A stretch of 64,000 nt of DNA from Candidatus Bathyarchaeia archaeon (GCA_049515895.1 JBEKTQ010000009.1:1-64000), one strand, 5' to 3'; numbered from the stretch's first letter, positions 21,035 to 30,334 are shown. A program made the numbers and translations. Notes: a model not told the origin generated them from the letters alone.

Positions 21035-21499
21035 TTATAACATTGAATTAACCAATACCAAAGGAGTGTACTGAAACCACGTTACCTGATGGTTTTGATC
21101 GGATGCATCCACGCGCGCTAAGTGCAATGTTACGTTATGCATATCAAGAAATCTGCTCACCTTATCAAAGGTTGAGAATGACCACGACAACATCGAATGG
21201 TTTAAAATAACTAAGACATCAAAACAGCCTGATTTTGCCCTTGCAAGCATCAGTCTAAATAAGGGGTTGTTATCGCCACTCTCGCAGGGCTTCTCTAAAT
21301 AAAGGTCGCAAACAAACCAACCGTTTTCTTCAATATACCTTCGGCAAATCTCAAATTCGGACAAACTGTAACTTTCTTGATTGCTTACATGGCTCACGTA
21401 AATAGCGGCTCGAATAGTTTCTAGGCAACCACTTATTCCTGAGCTTTTTACCGATTCCGGATTTGAAGCATATTCACTTATGTCAGAGCAAGCTTTCAT
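21035..21499 (-). CDS. degenerate, truncated serine recombinase (resolvase) catalytic domain
   Basis: AAIYVSHVSNQE, GWFVCDLY, LFRLMLARAKSGCFDVLVI; the canonical YxRVS and DRLxR motifs are degenerate. Confidence 0.65.
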   Translation of the reverse strand: MKACSDISEYASNPESVKSSGISGCLETIRAAIYVSHVSNQESYSLSEFEICRRYIEENGWFVCDLYLEKPCESGDNNPLFRLMLARAKSGCFDVLVILNHSMLSWSFSTFDKVSRFLDMHNVTLHLARVDASDQNHQVTWFQYTPLVLVNSML

Positions 21500-21780
21500 G
21501 TGCGTATCACCTCGGCTGCCCCTTGAGCACTCGATTGCGATGAACTGGACGTTGAAGAACTATTTAGTGGATGCAGGAAAACCAATTCTCGCCATACCAC
21601 AAATATGCTATCGTTGAATCTCATAGCAATCCACGGCTCCTTCTGGCTTTTGAGGTTTGACATTAGTTTGACCAATTCCGATTCCTCCAGTATAACAATT
21701 GGTTTCCTTTTGCTAAGGTCGGGGAGTGCATCTATCTCGACAAGTGCCTCTTTTGAAATTGGCATTTCTTTGAAAAACAT
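21496..21780 (-). CDS. hypothetical protein
   Basis: ORF with 4-bp overlap to the resolvase-like gene. Confidence 0.6.
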   Translation of the reverse strand: MFFKEMPISKEALVEIDALPDLSKRKPIVILEESELVKLMSNLKSQKEPWIAMRFNDSIFVVWRELVFLHPLNSSSTSSSSQSSAQGAAEVIRT

Positions 21781-21794
21781 CCTTTAATCACATC

Positions 21795-21843
21795 TTTATA
21801 TGTTTATATGTTTGTATGTTTTACTGATTGTATGTTTATATGC
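21795..21843. promoter_or_regulatory. tandem 8-bp TTT(A/G)TATG repeats, putative RHH operator
   Basis: tttatatg tttatatg tttgtatg...ttgtatg tttatatg between divergent genes; inverted copy at 23491-23517. Confidence 0.55.
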
Positions 21844-21890
21844 TCAAGTCTTATAAGCTTTATGCTCATATGTCTGTGTGGTTATGTGAA

Positions 21891-22052
21891 ATGCCTAAAC
21901 GAGGGACAAGAAGGACAACAATCATCGTGGATGATGATCTCTGGAAAAGTTTCCTGTCATATGTTGTAAAAAAGCATGGGGTTGCAAAGAAAGCCAGTGT
22001 TGAAGTGGAATTGGCCATCAAAGAATATTTAGAGCGCCACAAAGTCGGCTAG
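21891..22052 (+). CDS. ribbon-helix-helix (CopG-like) DNA-binding protein
   Basis: RRTTIIVDDDLWKSF...SVEVELAIKEYL. Confidence 0.75.
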   Translation: MPKRGTRRTTIIVDDDLWKSFLSYVVKKHGVAKKASVEVELAIKEYLERHKVG

Positions 22053-22348
22053 TTTTCAAATATCTAAATGATAGCAAAAATATGCCCAAAAAATTTTGGG
22101 ATCGTTTTCGATATCCTTTTGATAACGAAGTAAAGTAAGGGATTGCTTTTCGAGGCACTACCTCAAATGTGTAAAGAACTCCATCAACCCCCAAACCTGT
22201 CATTAGCTTCTTGTCCTTGTAAGAAATCGTCGTTGAAATAGACAACTTCAATTCGTCTGCACTCCTTGATTAGCAATTCACATTTGTGGCTATCAAAATC
22301 ATCCGCTGAAAGCATTTTTCCACAGTGCGAGCACTTAACTAGCAAAAA

Positions 22349-22882
22349 TCATTCCCTGTCTGTCTTTTCTAAGTCACTTACATAACCCACTTTTCCCCAC
22401 TTTTTTAGTTCATTATGGAGTTTTTGGTTATCTTTCTCTAATTCGTCTATTCTTTCCTTGAATTTCTCATTATTTTGTTGGCATTCGTTGAGGCGTTTGC
22501 CTATCCCAACATTATCGACGACATTATGAGCGTAGGCCTGTTCAATGTATTTGAGAAGGTAACTAGCAACATCCTCCAGCCTTCTACCGATGGCAATATT
22601 CATGTTCACCCAATCGATTTGTGAAAACTGCTGTTGCATTGATTCGAAATTGGAAACAGAGTTTCTGATTGATTGATACTGAAACAACCCTTCTCCAATC
22701 AAATCTGCTAACGAACGCTTTTCCTTGCTACGCCTTCCCAAGACACCTTTACCTGTCGTTTTGTCTAGCATTATGTTTTGAGCTTTAGGATTTAGCACTA
22801 AGTCTCCAGTGTGAATACCATTAACAAAATCTTCCACATGACTGAAGACAATATTCGCTTTCTTTGTTGGCATAGTTATCAC
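22349..22882 (-). CDS. hypothetical protein with C-terminal coiled coil
   Basis: 177-aa ORF coupled to the AbrB-like gene. Confidence 0.65.
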   Translation of the reverse strand: MITMPTKKANIVFSHVEDFVNGIHTGDLVLNPKAQNIMLDKTTGKGVLGRRSKEKRSLADLIGEGLFQYQSIRNSVSNFESMQQQFSQIDWVNMNIAIGRRLEDVASYLLKYIEQAYAHNVVDNVGIGKRLNECQQNNEKFKERIDELEKDNQKLHNELKKWGKVGYVSDLEKTDRE

Positions 22883-23085
22883 TTTTTAAATCTCTTCACT
22901 ATGGCAACTCTTTCTCCTTTGATAATTTCCATTTTCCACTCAAGTCTATCGCTCTCTTTGAGATCGAGGAATGCAACAATTCCTTCCGGAACCGTGGCTC
23001 TTAATGATGGCGAGCCTGGTCGGGCTGCTGTTGTTTTGCTTTTCAAACTCATGTTATCAGCCGTACTATCTGTATACCTACTCAA
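22879..23085 (-). CDS. AbrB/MazE/SpoVT-family DNA-binding protein
   Basis: SLRATVPEGIVAFLDLKESDRLEW. Confidence 0.8.
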   Translation of the reverse strand: MSRYTDSTADNMSLKSKTTAARPGSPSLRATVPEGIVAFLDLKESDRLEWKMEIIKGERVAIVKRFKK

Positions 23086-23161
23086 AGTATTTAAATTTAT
23101 TTACTTGTTTACCAACACATTTATATGAGTAGTTACATATGCTACTTGTAGGTAGATTGAG

Positions 23162-23449
23162 ATGTCAACTACAGGTTCAATCAGAGATGAATGCGGTGAA
23201 TCATCGCTAAGTAAGAAGCATCATTCTTGTTATTCCCGTGGTGGTGGATGTGTTCGATTGAGCCTGGTTTTGCACGGAGAGGCTGCGTGGATTCTGTGCG
23301 AGTTAAGGAAGCGAGGAGTTGTGAGAAGTTATGCAGATTGTGTGAATCAGGCTATTCTTCTTATCTATCGGGAGGTCACCGAGCAGGACTTGCGTGCTGC
23401 ACGCTTGAAGACTCTTCAGAATGGGCTGGGGAGAGATGAGGACAAGTGA
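23162..23449 (+). CDS. hypothetical protein, RHH-like
   Basis: VRLSLVL...ELRKRGVVRSYADCVNQAI. Confidence 0.55.
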   Translation: MSTTGSIRDECGESSLSKKHHSCYSRGGGCVRLSLVLHGEAAWILCELRKRGVVRSYADCVNQAILLIYREVTEQDLRAARLKTLQNGLGRDEDK

Positions 23450-23543
23450 TTCGACAGAGCTTTCATGGCAACGCTTTTATAGTCATATTAGCATATAAAC
23501 ATTTAAACATACAAATAAAACTGCTTGGTTAAGGTGCCACTTT

Positions 23544-24074
23544 ATGATGAAAACAAGATGGAAGGGCGTACTGATACGAGTAGCGGATGCTGAACTGCTC
23601 GACTGGGATGGCTATTGCGAAAAAAACAGAATAAAAAGAGTTGATTTGGTCAGGTCCTCAGTGCGTTTTTTCATGGCGAACCCTGAGATTGTTAATGGTG
23701 TGGTCAAAAGAGGGGAAACCGCTGTTGACCTTGCGCCAATCCTCGGTGCTATGGGTGAGTTGAAACAGAAACTCGAAATGGTTGAAAAGAAAGTCTCAAT
23801 TGTTTCGACAGACAAAGGCCTTAGCCAATGTGTTTCTAAGAAAAAGCTCGCTGAGGCTGTTTTGGAGTTTATGCAACACACTAGAAATAACGTGACAACG
23901 TTAGATAGATTGATTGTTTATATTAGGAAGGCAGAGCCTCAACTCGCGCCTTTCCTGTCTTCAGGCGACGGCGGTTTGTGCTTACTTGACGAAGTGTTGA
24001 CTGAACTCAATGATGAAGGCAAGGTTGAGTGGGATTTCGGAGAGGTCGTGAGGTTTATTGAACAGAGAAAGTAA
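23544..24074 (+). CDS. DNA-binding protein with RHH N-terminus and wHTH-like C-terminus, coupled to the integrase
   Basis: VLIRVADAELLDWD..C...RVDLVRSSV; LTELNDEGKVEW; overlaps the integrase start. Confidence 0.7.
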   Translation: MMKTRWKGVLIRVADAELLDWDGYCEKNRIKRVDLVRSSVRFFMANPEIVNGVVKRGETAVDLAPILGAMGELKQKLEMVEKKVSIVSTDKGLSQCVSKKKLAEAVLEFMQHTRNNVTTLDRLIVYIRKAEPQLAPFLSSGDGGLCLLDEVLTELNDEGKVEWDFGEVVRFIEQRK

Positions 24075-25002
24075 GATTGACCGATGCAATCTGCCGCCCC
24101 TTTTGCAAGAATACAGTGATTACATGAGTATACGCTATTCGCCGCGAACTGTTGAAGATAAACTCCGGGTTGTCTTAGCCCTCCATGAATTCTTAGTTAG
24201 CAATCTGGGCAGAAGCATCGAACGTTTAGAAGCATCAGATGTTCAACGATATTTCGCAAAGCTTACGCTGCGCAAAGAGCAGGGCGAAATGAGACAAAAT
24301 TCTATATTTATTATGGCGGCGAACATCAAAATCTTCGCGAAGTGGCTGAGAAGAGAAGAGATAATCAAACCGGAAGAGTATCTAAAAATCGAGGAGGATT
24401 TAGGCGATATTCCAAATGAGGTGGGAGAAGACAAGCGCGTTGCCCTAAGCTATGACGAACAACAAAAGATTTTCGTGAAAATGGTGTTACCGCTTCATAA
24501 ACAGCTAGTTTGGACAGGATTAAATCATGGATTGCGACGTCAAGAGTACTGCCACTTACGAGTAAAACACTTGGAACTTGAAATGGAGAGGCCTAGACTG
24601 AAAATTGAACTCAGCAAGGGACATAACAGAAAAACAAGATACATTCCATTATCTCCGAACCAAGTAAACCAGTGGCGTAAATGGCTAAGATTTAGGGCTT
24701 CAATGAACTTGCCGCATGACTATGTTTTCTTTAACCCTAAAAATCCAAGAGCGGGAGGGCTGAATTATAATGGTCTTTGCAGTTTGTTCAGAGTGATGAC
24801 CAAAATCTTAGGGGTTCACCTGTATAGTCATAGATTTAGGTACACTTATGCAGTGACTCTTTGGAAGCATGGAGTGGATATTTTCGTCATAAGCAAGCTG
24901 CTGGGTCATAGCAACATAGAAACAACGATTAAATACCTCAAAGTGCGGGAAGAAGAGTTCTACAAGAAATTCGAGGAACAGTCGCGAGGATTGTTTGATT
25001 AG
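24058..25002 (+). CDS. XerC/D-like tyrosine recombinase (integrase)
   Basis: YSPRTV SAM domain; GLRRQE (R), SKG (K), HRFR (HxxR), LLGHSNIETTIKY (H, Y). Confidence 0.93.
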   Translation: MNRESKIDRCNLPPLLQEYSDYMSIRYSPRTVEDKLRVVLALHEFLVSNLGRSIERLEASDVQRYFAKLTLRKEQGEMRQNSIFIMAANIKIFAKWLRREEIIKPEEYLKIEEDLGDIPNEVGEDKRVALSYDEQQKIFVKMVLPLHKQLVWTGLNHGLRRQEYCHLRVKHLELEMERPRLKIELSKGHNRKTRYIPLSPNQVNQWRKWLRFRASMNLPHDYVFFNPKNPRAGGLNYNGLCSLFRVMTKILGVHLYSHRFRYTYAVTLWKHGVDIFVISKLLGHSNIETTIKYLKVREEEFYKKFEEQSRGLFD

Positions 25003-26634
25003 GTGTATTTAGTGACGAACTTTTGGCACCCCTCAACTTCGTTGATAATAGAGGCTTTAAGCGACGGAAAACCAAAGAGCAGTATGGAAATTGCTAGATT
25101 AACAGGAATGAAAAACAGTGCAGTTTGGGCTGCGTTAGGAAGGTGTTGGCAAAAGAATTTGATTTTAAGGTCCAAGGTACAGTTGATGGTATGCCATAAC
25201 AATTTTAAAGGAAGAAATGGCTTAACTAAAAACCTTCGTCTATATCATTTATACTTGCTGAAGACAGGAAGTAGTGATTCATTAGTAGTTGGAAATCAAG
25301 AGTTCTCAAGTTATAGGCGTTCAGATTATCCACTACCTTTGCCTGAAAGCAAGGCAAGTTGTATCTTTAATTTCATCAAATCCAATTCCCGCAGGGCTTA
25401 TTTCTCAACAGAAATAGTTAAAGCCCTTTCAAGAAATGAAGTCAAACCCAGCGATATAATGTCGAACGTAAGAAGATGGGAACGGAAAGGGCTCGTCTTC
25501 GTTAGAGGGTATAGACTTGACGATAGGCAGACCCCTTTCAAAGAAGGATATCTGATTACGTGGCTAGACCCATTAGTAGCCCGAGAAGAAGCCATTAAGA
25601 ATGCTGTTGAAAAGACAGAGAAATCTCTTCTTGCAAGCGAAACAACAAATCCAACTATTCAGCGAGTTCACAGGGTCAGGGACATAATCATCGAATCTTC
25701 GAGGTTACGGGAGCTTGTAAGCTATTCTTACATCTGGGGCAGTTTAGGCTGTTCAAAATATGAAGGGGAGGCTGCCATACAAAGGTCTTTGCAGCTTTAT
25801 CCAGACTTGAAAGAAGTTAAGCTATTCGATGCTTTCCGTTATTTCTATCATGAGTCCTTAAACGGCTACGACTTGAGTGCCGCAAAAATTATGAAAGAGG
25901 ACTACGTTCGCCTAACAAAAGGAAAAGCCAACCGCGTTGGGCATAACTGGGAAGCTGCCAGCGAGTGGTTCATAGACAAATTCACTACAGGTGCTCATTT
26001 CTGGGTTCAAAATCATCGGACACAAAGAATGGATCCCAGGCGGATCACTATTCATTTGTTCAAAAATGTTGGGGGTCGGAAGAGAAACGCAGAAGTGGAT
26101 CGTGTCTGGGATGTAACCCCGAGCATATTTTCGCCCTCAATAACGTATGTGCTGTCCTGTAAGTGGGGGATTATATTCAAACGAGATATTGATGACTTCT
26201 TTGATGTTCTAAGATGGAGCAAAGAATTTGGTGTGGACACCCCGGATGGCCGCGAGATAAAACAAAGTGTGGTAGGAGTGTTCGCAGGTAGTGCCTTTAA
26301 TCCAAACGAAAGCATAAAATTGAAAGATGAGAGTTCAATAGGGCTTTCTTCCTATGCAGCTAGAATGAATATTCAACTTCTTAAAGCAAGTGACTTCAAC
26401 AATAAACTACAGCAAAAAGGTTGTCCGTTAACTGTGAGCGTTCAAAGAATATGCAAGATTTCAAGAGATGAAAAGCAGGTTAGAGAAATCATCGATGATA
26501 TATGGAACAATCAAAAGAAAAGCGAACAGGTCCTCTCAACAGCCGCCGAGAACAACAGGAAAGTATATGAACTCGAAAAGCTCCTGGAAAACCCAGAAAA
26601 CAATTCGAACGCGGTGTGTGAACTTGCGACGTGA
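25003..26634 (+). CDS. multi-wHTH protein with C-terminal PD-(D/E)XK (Mrr-like) nuclease domain
   Basis: IIEALSDGKPKSSMEIARLTG wHTH; second wHTH YFSTEIV; GHNWE, EVDRVW, LSCKWG. Confidence 0.75.
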   Translation: MYLVTNFWHPSTSLIIEALSDGKPKSSMEIARLTGMKNSAVWAALGRCWQKNLILRSKVQLMVCHNNFKGRNGLTKNLRLYHLYLLKTGSSDSLVVGNQEFSSYRRSDYPLPLPESKASCIFNFIKSNSRRAYFSTEIVKALSRNEVKPSDIMSNVRRWERKGLVFVRGYRLDDRQTPFKEGYLITWLDPLVAREEAIKNAVEKTEKSLLASETTNPTIQRVHRVRDIIIESSRLRELVSYSYIWGSLGCSKYEGEAAIQRSLQLYPDLKEVKLFDAFRYFYHESLNGYDLSAAKIMKEDYVRLTKGKANRVGHNWEAASEWFIDKFTTGAHFWVQNHRTQRMDPRRITIHLFKNVGGRKRNAEVDRVWDVTPSIFSPSITYVLSCKWGIIFKRDIDDFFDVLRWSKEFGVDTPDGREIKQSVVGVFAGSAFNPNESIKLKDESSIGLSSYAARMNIQLLKASDFNNKLQQKGCPLTVSVQRICKISRDEKQVREIIDDIWNNQKKSEQVLSTAAENNRKVYELEKLLENPENNSNAVCELAT

Positions 26635-26650
26635 TTCTCAGATTTAATGT

Positions 26651-26737
26651 TTTTGCTTCACTTGCATGGCTGAACAAATATACCTGCAAAAGAAATTACT
26701 TTTGAAATGTCCACTGTGTGGTAGAAAGCTTGAATAA
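26651..26737 (+). pseudogene. 3' fragment of the small Zn-finger gene at 29067-29240
   Basis: Encodes FCFTCMAEQIYLQKKLLLKCPLCGRKLE* versus intact FCFTCMVEQIYLQKKLPLKCPMCSRKLSP. Confidence 0.8.
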
Positions 26738-26957
26738 TTTTTCGAGAAGTTAAAAAAGCCTGAGGTGGCTCTTTCAAATCTTCGGTTGGTGAGTGAGCGT
26801 AGACTGCCAAAAACTGGGTTGGTTTGGACTAGAATCCAATGTATACACAAACTACGCCGCGGGTGCTTCGTTTGGGTCAAAATTTTGGAGCTGAGTTGAA
26901 CAATATCTTCAAAGCTTACGCTTTATTGACCGAGTGAACGAAGGTGTAGATGAAAGC

Positions 26958-27245
26958 TTACTTCTTAATCATAGCCAAGAATTCATCGATGGGTGTTGCT
27001 GGCATACTCGTTATTTGCACTGTTCCACGAGCGCCCAATTCTAGAGAAACTCGCATTATAGCTTCGTTGTTTGGCGCCTCAACAATGTTGACGAAATCAT
27101 AGCGCCCCAAAACAGAGTACTGCTGCAAGACTTTTGCGCCGAAGGCTTCTATTTCCTTATCTACCTCTTTTATTCTTTCAGGTCTTTTCTTAATTGTTTT
27201 CCTACCTTCAGAAGTGAGGGTGGACAAAAGAATGTATATTGGCAC
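26958..27245 (-). CDS. GYD-domain protein
   Basis: YILLSTLTSEG, LGRYDFVNIVEAP, LELGARG. Confidence 0.88.
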   Translation of the reverse strand: MPIYILLSTLTSEGRKTIKKRPERIKEVDKEIEAFGAKVLQQYSVLGRYDFVNIVEAPNNEAIMRVSLELGARGTVQITSMPATPIDEFLAMIKK

Positions 27246-27460
27246 AAAACCACCTGTCAGATAAGGTAGAGGTAATAAGCTATTATTCTTTGTGGATTTA
27301 GTTTCTGTTGAAAACTGAAACTCTGGCTTGAATTAACGTATTTACAGAAGAAGCTTCCACTTGAAATGCCTTACGCGGTGGAAAACTAAGTTATTTGACC
27401 TAGCGTAATTTCCGTAAATTTTAACTTCGAACTTGAATATTCATCTATAAGTGAACAAAT

Positions 27461-27811
27461 TTGAGAAACCCCGCCAAATGGGAACTTGAAGAGTTTGCTA
27501 AACTGGCAGACATGGTCGATTTTTTAAAACTAGAATACCATCCTTTTACCGCTATTTCAAAGGAAGCAGTCAAGCGGAAAATTATCAAGCCTGATGAAGC
27601 AAATAGGTTGTACTCATGTTTTAGCGTTTGTGTTGGTATAATAGACATTTTTGAGGGACAGTTTTATCCTAGTGACCAAACATCGACTGGTCTGGATAGA
27701 TGGGAATGGAAACTAAAAGACGGAATAACAAGAGAGATTTTTCTGGAAAAGGTAAAAGCATATGCGAAACTAAATTTTGAACTGAATTTCAAAACGCCAT
27801 CGTTTTTATAG
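27461..27811 (+). CDS. hypothetical protein
   Basis: 116-aa ORF with no recognised motif. Confidence 0.55.
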   Translation: MRNPAKWELEEFAKLADMVDFLKLEYHPFTAISKEAVKRKIIKPDEANRLYSCFSVCVGIIDIFEGQFYPSDQTSTGLDRWEWKLKDGITREIFLEKVKAYAKLNFELNFKTPSFL

Positions 27812-27929
27812 GCAAGTAACTAGAAGACGAGCGCGGTGCAAAACAAGCTTCCTCTTAAATGCCCAATGTGTGGTGGAAAGCTTTGAAAAAAAAGAAAAAA
27901 GAGAAGTAAATGTGCTCATACCGAGGGTT

Positions 27930-27989
27930 TTACTTTTTCTTTGCTGGTTTCTTTTCTTCTTTCTTAACTGGTTTCTTAGCCACTACCAT
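27930..27989 (-). CDS. putative Lys-rich microprotein (19 aa)
   Basis: MVVAKKPVKKEEKKPAKKK*, with GAGGT SD-like and TTATAAAT TATA-like sequences upstream. Confidence 0.45.
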   Translation of the reverse strand: MVVAKKPVKKEEKKPAKKK

Positions 27990-28077
27990 AACCTCGGGAT
28001 TTAAAATATGTCAGTAATTTGTATTTATAATTTGTTAAACAAAAATAAAGAAAGAGCTGTTTTTTATGCTCAGCAAA

Positions 28078-28239
28078 TCAGATTTTCTGTTTGTTGAGTA
28101 TTGTTCTAAAGGTTTTGCCGCAGCACTCGCACAGACCGATTGTAAGTTCTGTCCTTTTTCCTGTTTTGTCTGGTTTGCCAGCCATCTTCCAAGTTTTCTT
28201 AGGAGCTACTTCCTTTCCACATTTGGGACATTTTGCCAT
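28078..28239 (-). CDS. Cren7-like chromatin protein, zinc-binding variant (53 aa, missed by the ORF track)
   Basis: MAKCPKCGKEVAPKKTWKMAGKPDKTGKRTELTIGLCECCGKTFRTILNKQKI has the Cren7 signature P-K-x-W...IGL...GK-F-R; GGAGG SD. Confidence 0.8.
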   Translation of the reverse strand: MAKCPKCGKEVAPKKTWKMAGKPDKTGKRTELTIGLCECCGKTFRTILNKQKI

Positions 28240-28293
28240 GAGTTCGCCTCCATTAATGTGATAACAGACTTGATGAGCGGATAAAACTTTGCC

Positions 28294-28410
28294 TATTAAA
28301 CTTCAGCGGCTAATCGCCAGATAACGTTTACTCTATGGAATAAAAATACAAAATTATCGGACGCCCGATAAACATCAATCGAGCAAGCTTAGCGTTTATT
28401 GTTGAAAATC
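28294..28410. repeat. degenerate ~115-bp direct repeat, copy 1 (copy 2 at 33924-34038)
   Basis: TATTAAACTTCAGCGG.TAAT..., shared palindrome TTATCG-N6-CGATAA. Confidence 0.75.
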
Positions 28411-29066
28411 CACTATTCGTTTTGATTTTAGTTTAAATTCTTTTGGGAATCCAGCGAAAACTAAGTTGGAAAACTGGAGGTTGAATTAAACTTTTGGAAT
28501 TGCCAAGTTTTAAATAGCCTTTGATTGCATGGTGATTGACTGGAAAAGAGCCACAATAACCGAGGATTCAGAAATTGTTTGCAGAAGATTGCAGAAAATG
28601 CGGGAAACAGTTTGTTCACATCCTTAATCTTCAATCATACGGCAATTATCGTATGTGCCCAAGCCTTTACCAATCCCTTTGGTCCAACTTCATTACTAAC
28701 GGGAGCGAAATCTACTGCCATCCTTCAAACGGATCCAAAACACCTCTTCCAAAAGTTAAACCCAACCATTGTGTATACTGCAACCAAAAACTGGTAAAGA
28801 TGGCGGCAGTGGTAGGAATGAAACACTTTGAAGTTTGTCCTTCTGCCTTTGGTCTTTTTCTCTGTGCTTATCAAACTGAGCAGAGAGGTATCACCACACA
28901 GATTTTCTGCGAAACAAAACCAGAAGTGAAAGCAAAACTAGCTAAACCTCACACATCAGACCGCAAAACTAATCCAAGCTAAGCAACAATCACTTTCAGG
29001 AAACACTCTGCCAATGAGTAGTTTCTACGCTTCCTTTTTGAACCAATTGTGTACTTAGCGTTTCTC

Positions 29067-29240
29067 ATGCCCGACTTGGCAAGACCTTGTGATGCTTGCG
29101 GAAAACAACCTGTAGGCGGTGGTGCACATTGCCTAAAATGCAACATCTACTTCTGCTTCACTTGTATGGTTGAACAAATCTATCTGCAAAAGAAACTTCC
29201 GCTTAAGTGTCCAATGTGTAGTAGAAAGCTCAGTCCTTAA
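29067..29240 (+). CDS. small 8-Cys zinc-finger protein
   Basis: CDAC, CLKC, CFTC, CPMC. Confidence 0.75.
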   Translation: MPDLARPCDACGKQPVGGGAHCLKCNIYFCFTCMVEQIYLQKKLPLKCPMCSRKLSP

Positions 29241-29313
29241 AGCAAGAAACCACTTAAGGATAAAGCAAGTGAATTTAGGTCCGAATTGATATAGAAACTA
29301 GCAAGGGTTTGGA

Positions 29314-29871
29314 ATGATAACTGGCAACATTTCAGAAGAAGAATTGTGCTCTTTTATCAAATCTGAATTTCTGTCTTCAAAGCTCAGGGAAAAAGATGCC
29401 CTCAGCGAAATAGAAAGAAGAAAAAAATCAGACCCCAGTGGAAGATGGGATACTCACGCTAGACCTGTAATTGGAGAAAAAATGAAGGATTGGTTTATCG
29501 AATATTTTGGTTCTAGAACACTTGGCGACAAATGGGAAAACTGTTTTGATTACGAGAAAAAATGTAAAGGACAAAATCAGACCTTAGAGCGGTCTAAAAT
29601 CTTTTCATGCAAATGTTATCCTGACATGTTCTTTCTTAAACCTATGCACATTGCCTTAGAGCTTGACCACGGAACCAAAGGCTCACAAATCAAGAATGCT
29701 TTAACAAAAGCTGGTTTTGACGGACTATCCGATGATTGGAAAAAAGTCTTTCTTTTATTCTTTGATGAATCAAAAAACAGACAAATTGAGAAGTCCATCA
29801 AAGAAAAAGGTTCTCAAAGAGTCTTAGAATTCTACCAAAGCCATCTAAATACTGAAGTTATCGTAATTTAG
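29314..29871 (+). CDS. putative PD-(D/E)XK nuclease
   Basis: YPDMFF...IALELD. Confidence 0.6.
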   Translation: MITGNISEEELCSFIKSEFLSSKLREKDALSEIERRKKSDPSGRWDTHARPVIGEKMKDWFIEYFGSRTLGDKWENCFDYEKKCKGQNQTLERSKIFSCKCYPDMFFLKPMHIALELDHGTKGSQIKNALTKAGFDGLSDDWKKVFLLFFDESKNRQIEKSIKEKGSQRVLEFYQSHLNTEVIVI

Positions 29872-30092
29872 TCTTTTTCACATCTTTTTTCACTTTGTAG
29901 CCGTTCAAGGACTAAGTGCCTTTCTCTAAAGAAAGCCATTGCTCTTTTCGTGTCAGCATGTTTGAAACCTTCGTATAGAGTATCAATCATTTTTTCTAAT
30001 GGAACATACTTCACTGCAAGTAGGTATTCTTGAATTTCCCCTTGTTTCCGCCACATTATGTCTTTTTGCATGTTACACATGATTGGGACCAA
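29868..30092 (-). CDS. small hypothetical protein
   Basis: Fourth gene of a tightly spaced minus-strand cluster. Confidence 0.5.
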   Translation of the reverse strand: MVPIMCNMQKDIMWRKQGEIQEYLLAVKYVPLEKMIDTLYEGFKHADTKRAMAFFRERHLVLERLQSEKRCEKD

Positions 30093-30100
30093 GTATAGTC

Positions 30101-30313
30101 CTATCTGTCCAAATTGGGATGCCTAAGACTTAAAACTCTTTTCCGTCTTGATGAGATTTTTTCTTTTTTCTTTATGGTTCTCGATATTTTGTCAATTCTA
30201 TTAACTAAGATTTGTTTTTTGGCAGGGTCTAACTCTGCCTCAAGTTGTTCCTTAAGTCTTTTTCTCTGCTCTCTTATTTGTCTAATTAGAGGACCGCCAC
30301 TTTCTGGACTCAT
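30101..30313 (-). CDS. small basic coiled-coil protein
   Basis: K/R-rich 70-aa ORF in the cluster. Confidence 0.55.
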   Translation of the reverse strand: MSPESGGPLIRQIREQRKRLKEQLEAELDPAKKQILVNRIDKISRTIKKKEKISSRRKRVLSLRHPNLDR

Positions 30314-30334
30314 GCTTGCATCATCTACTATTAG

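Noticed and set aside
28575-28982. Cys-rich 135-aa ORF
   Set aside because: No credible start and competing frames; may be a decayed Zn-finger gene but cannot be supported.
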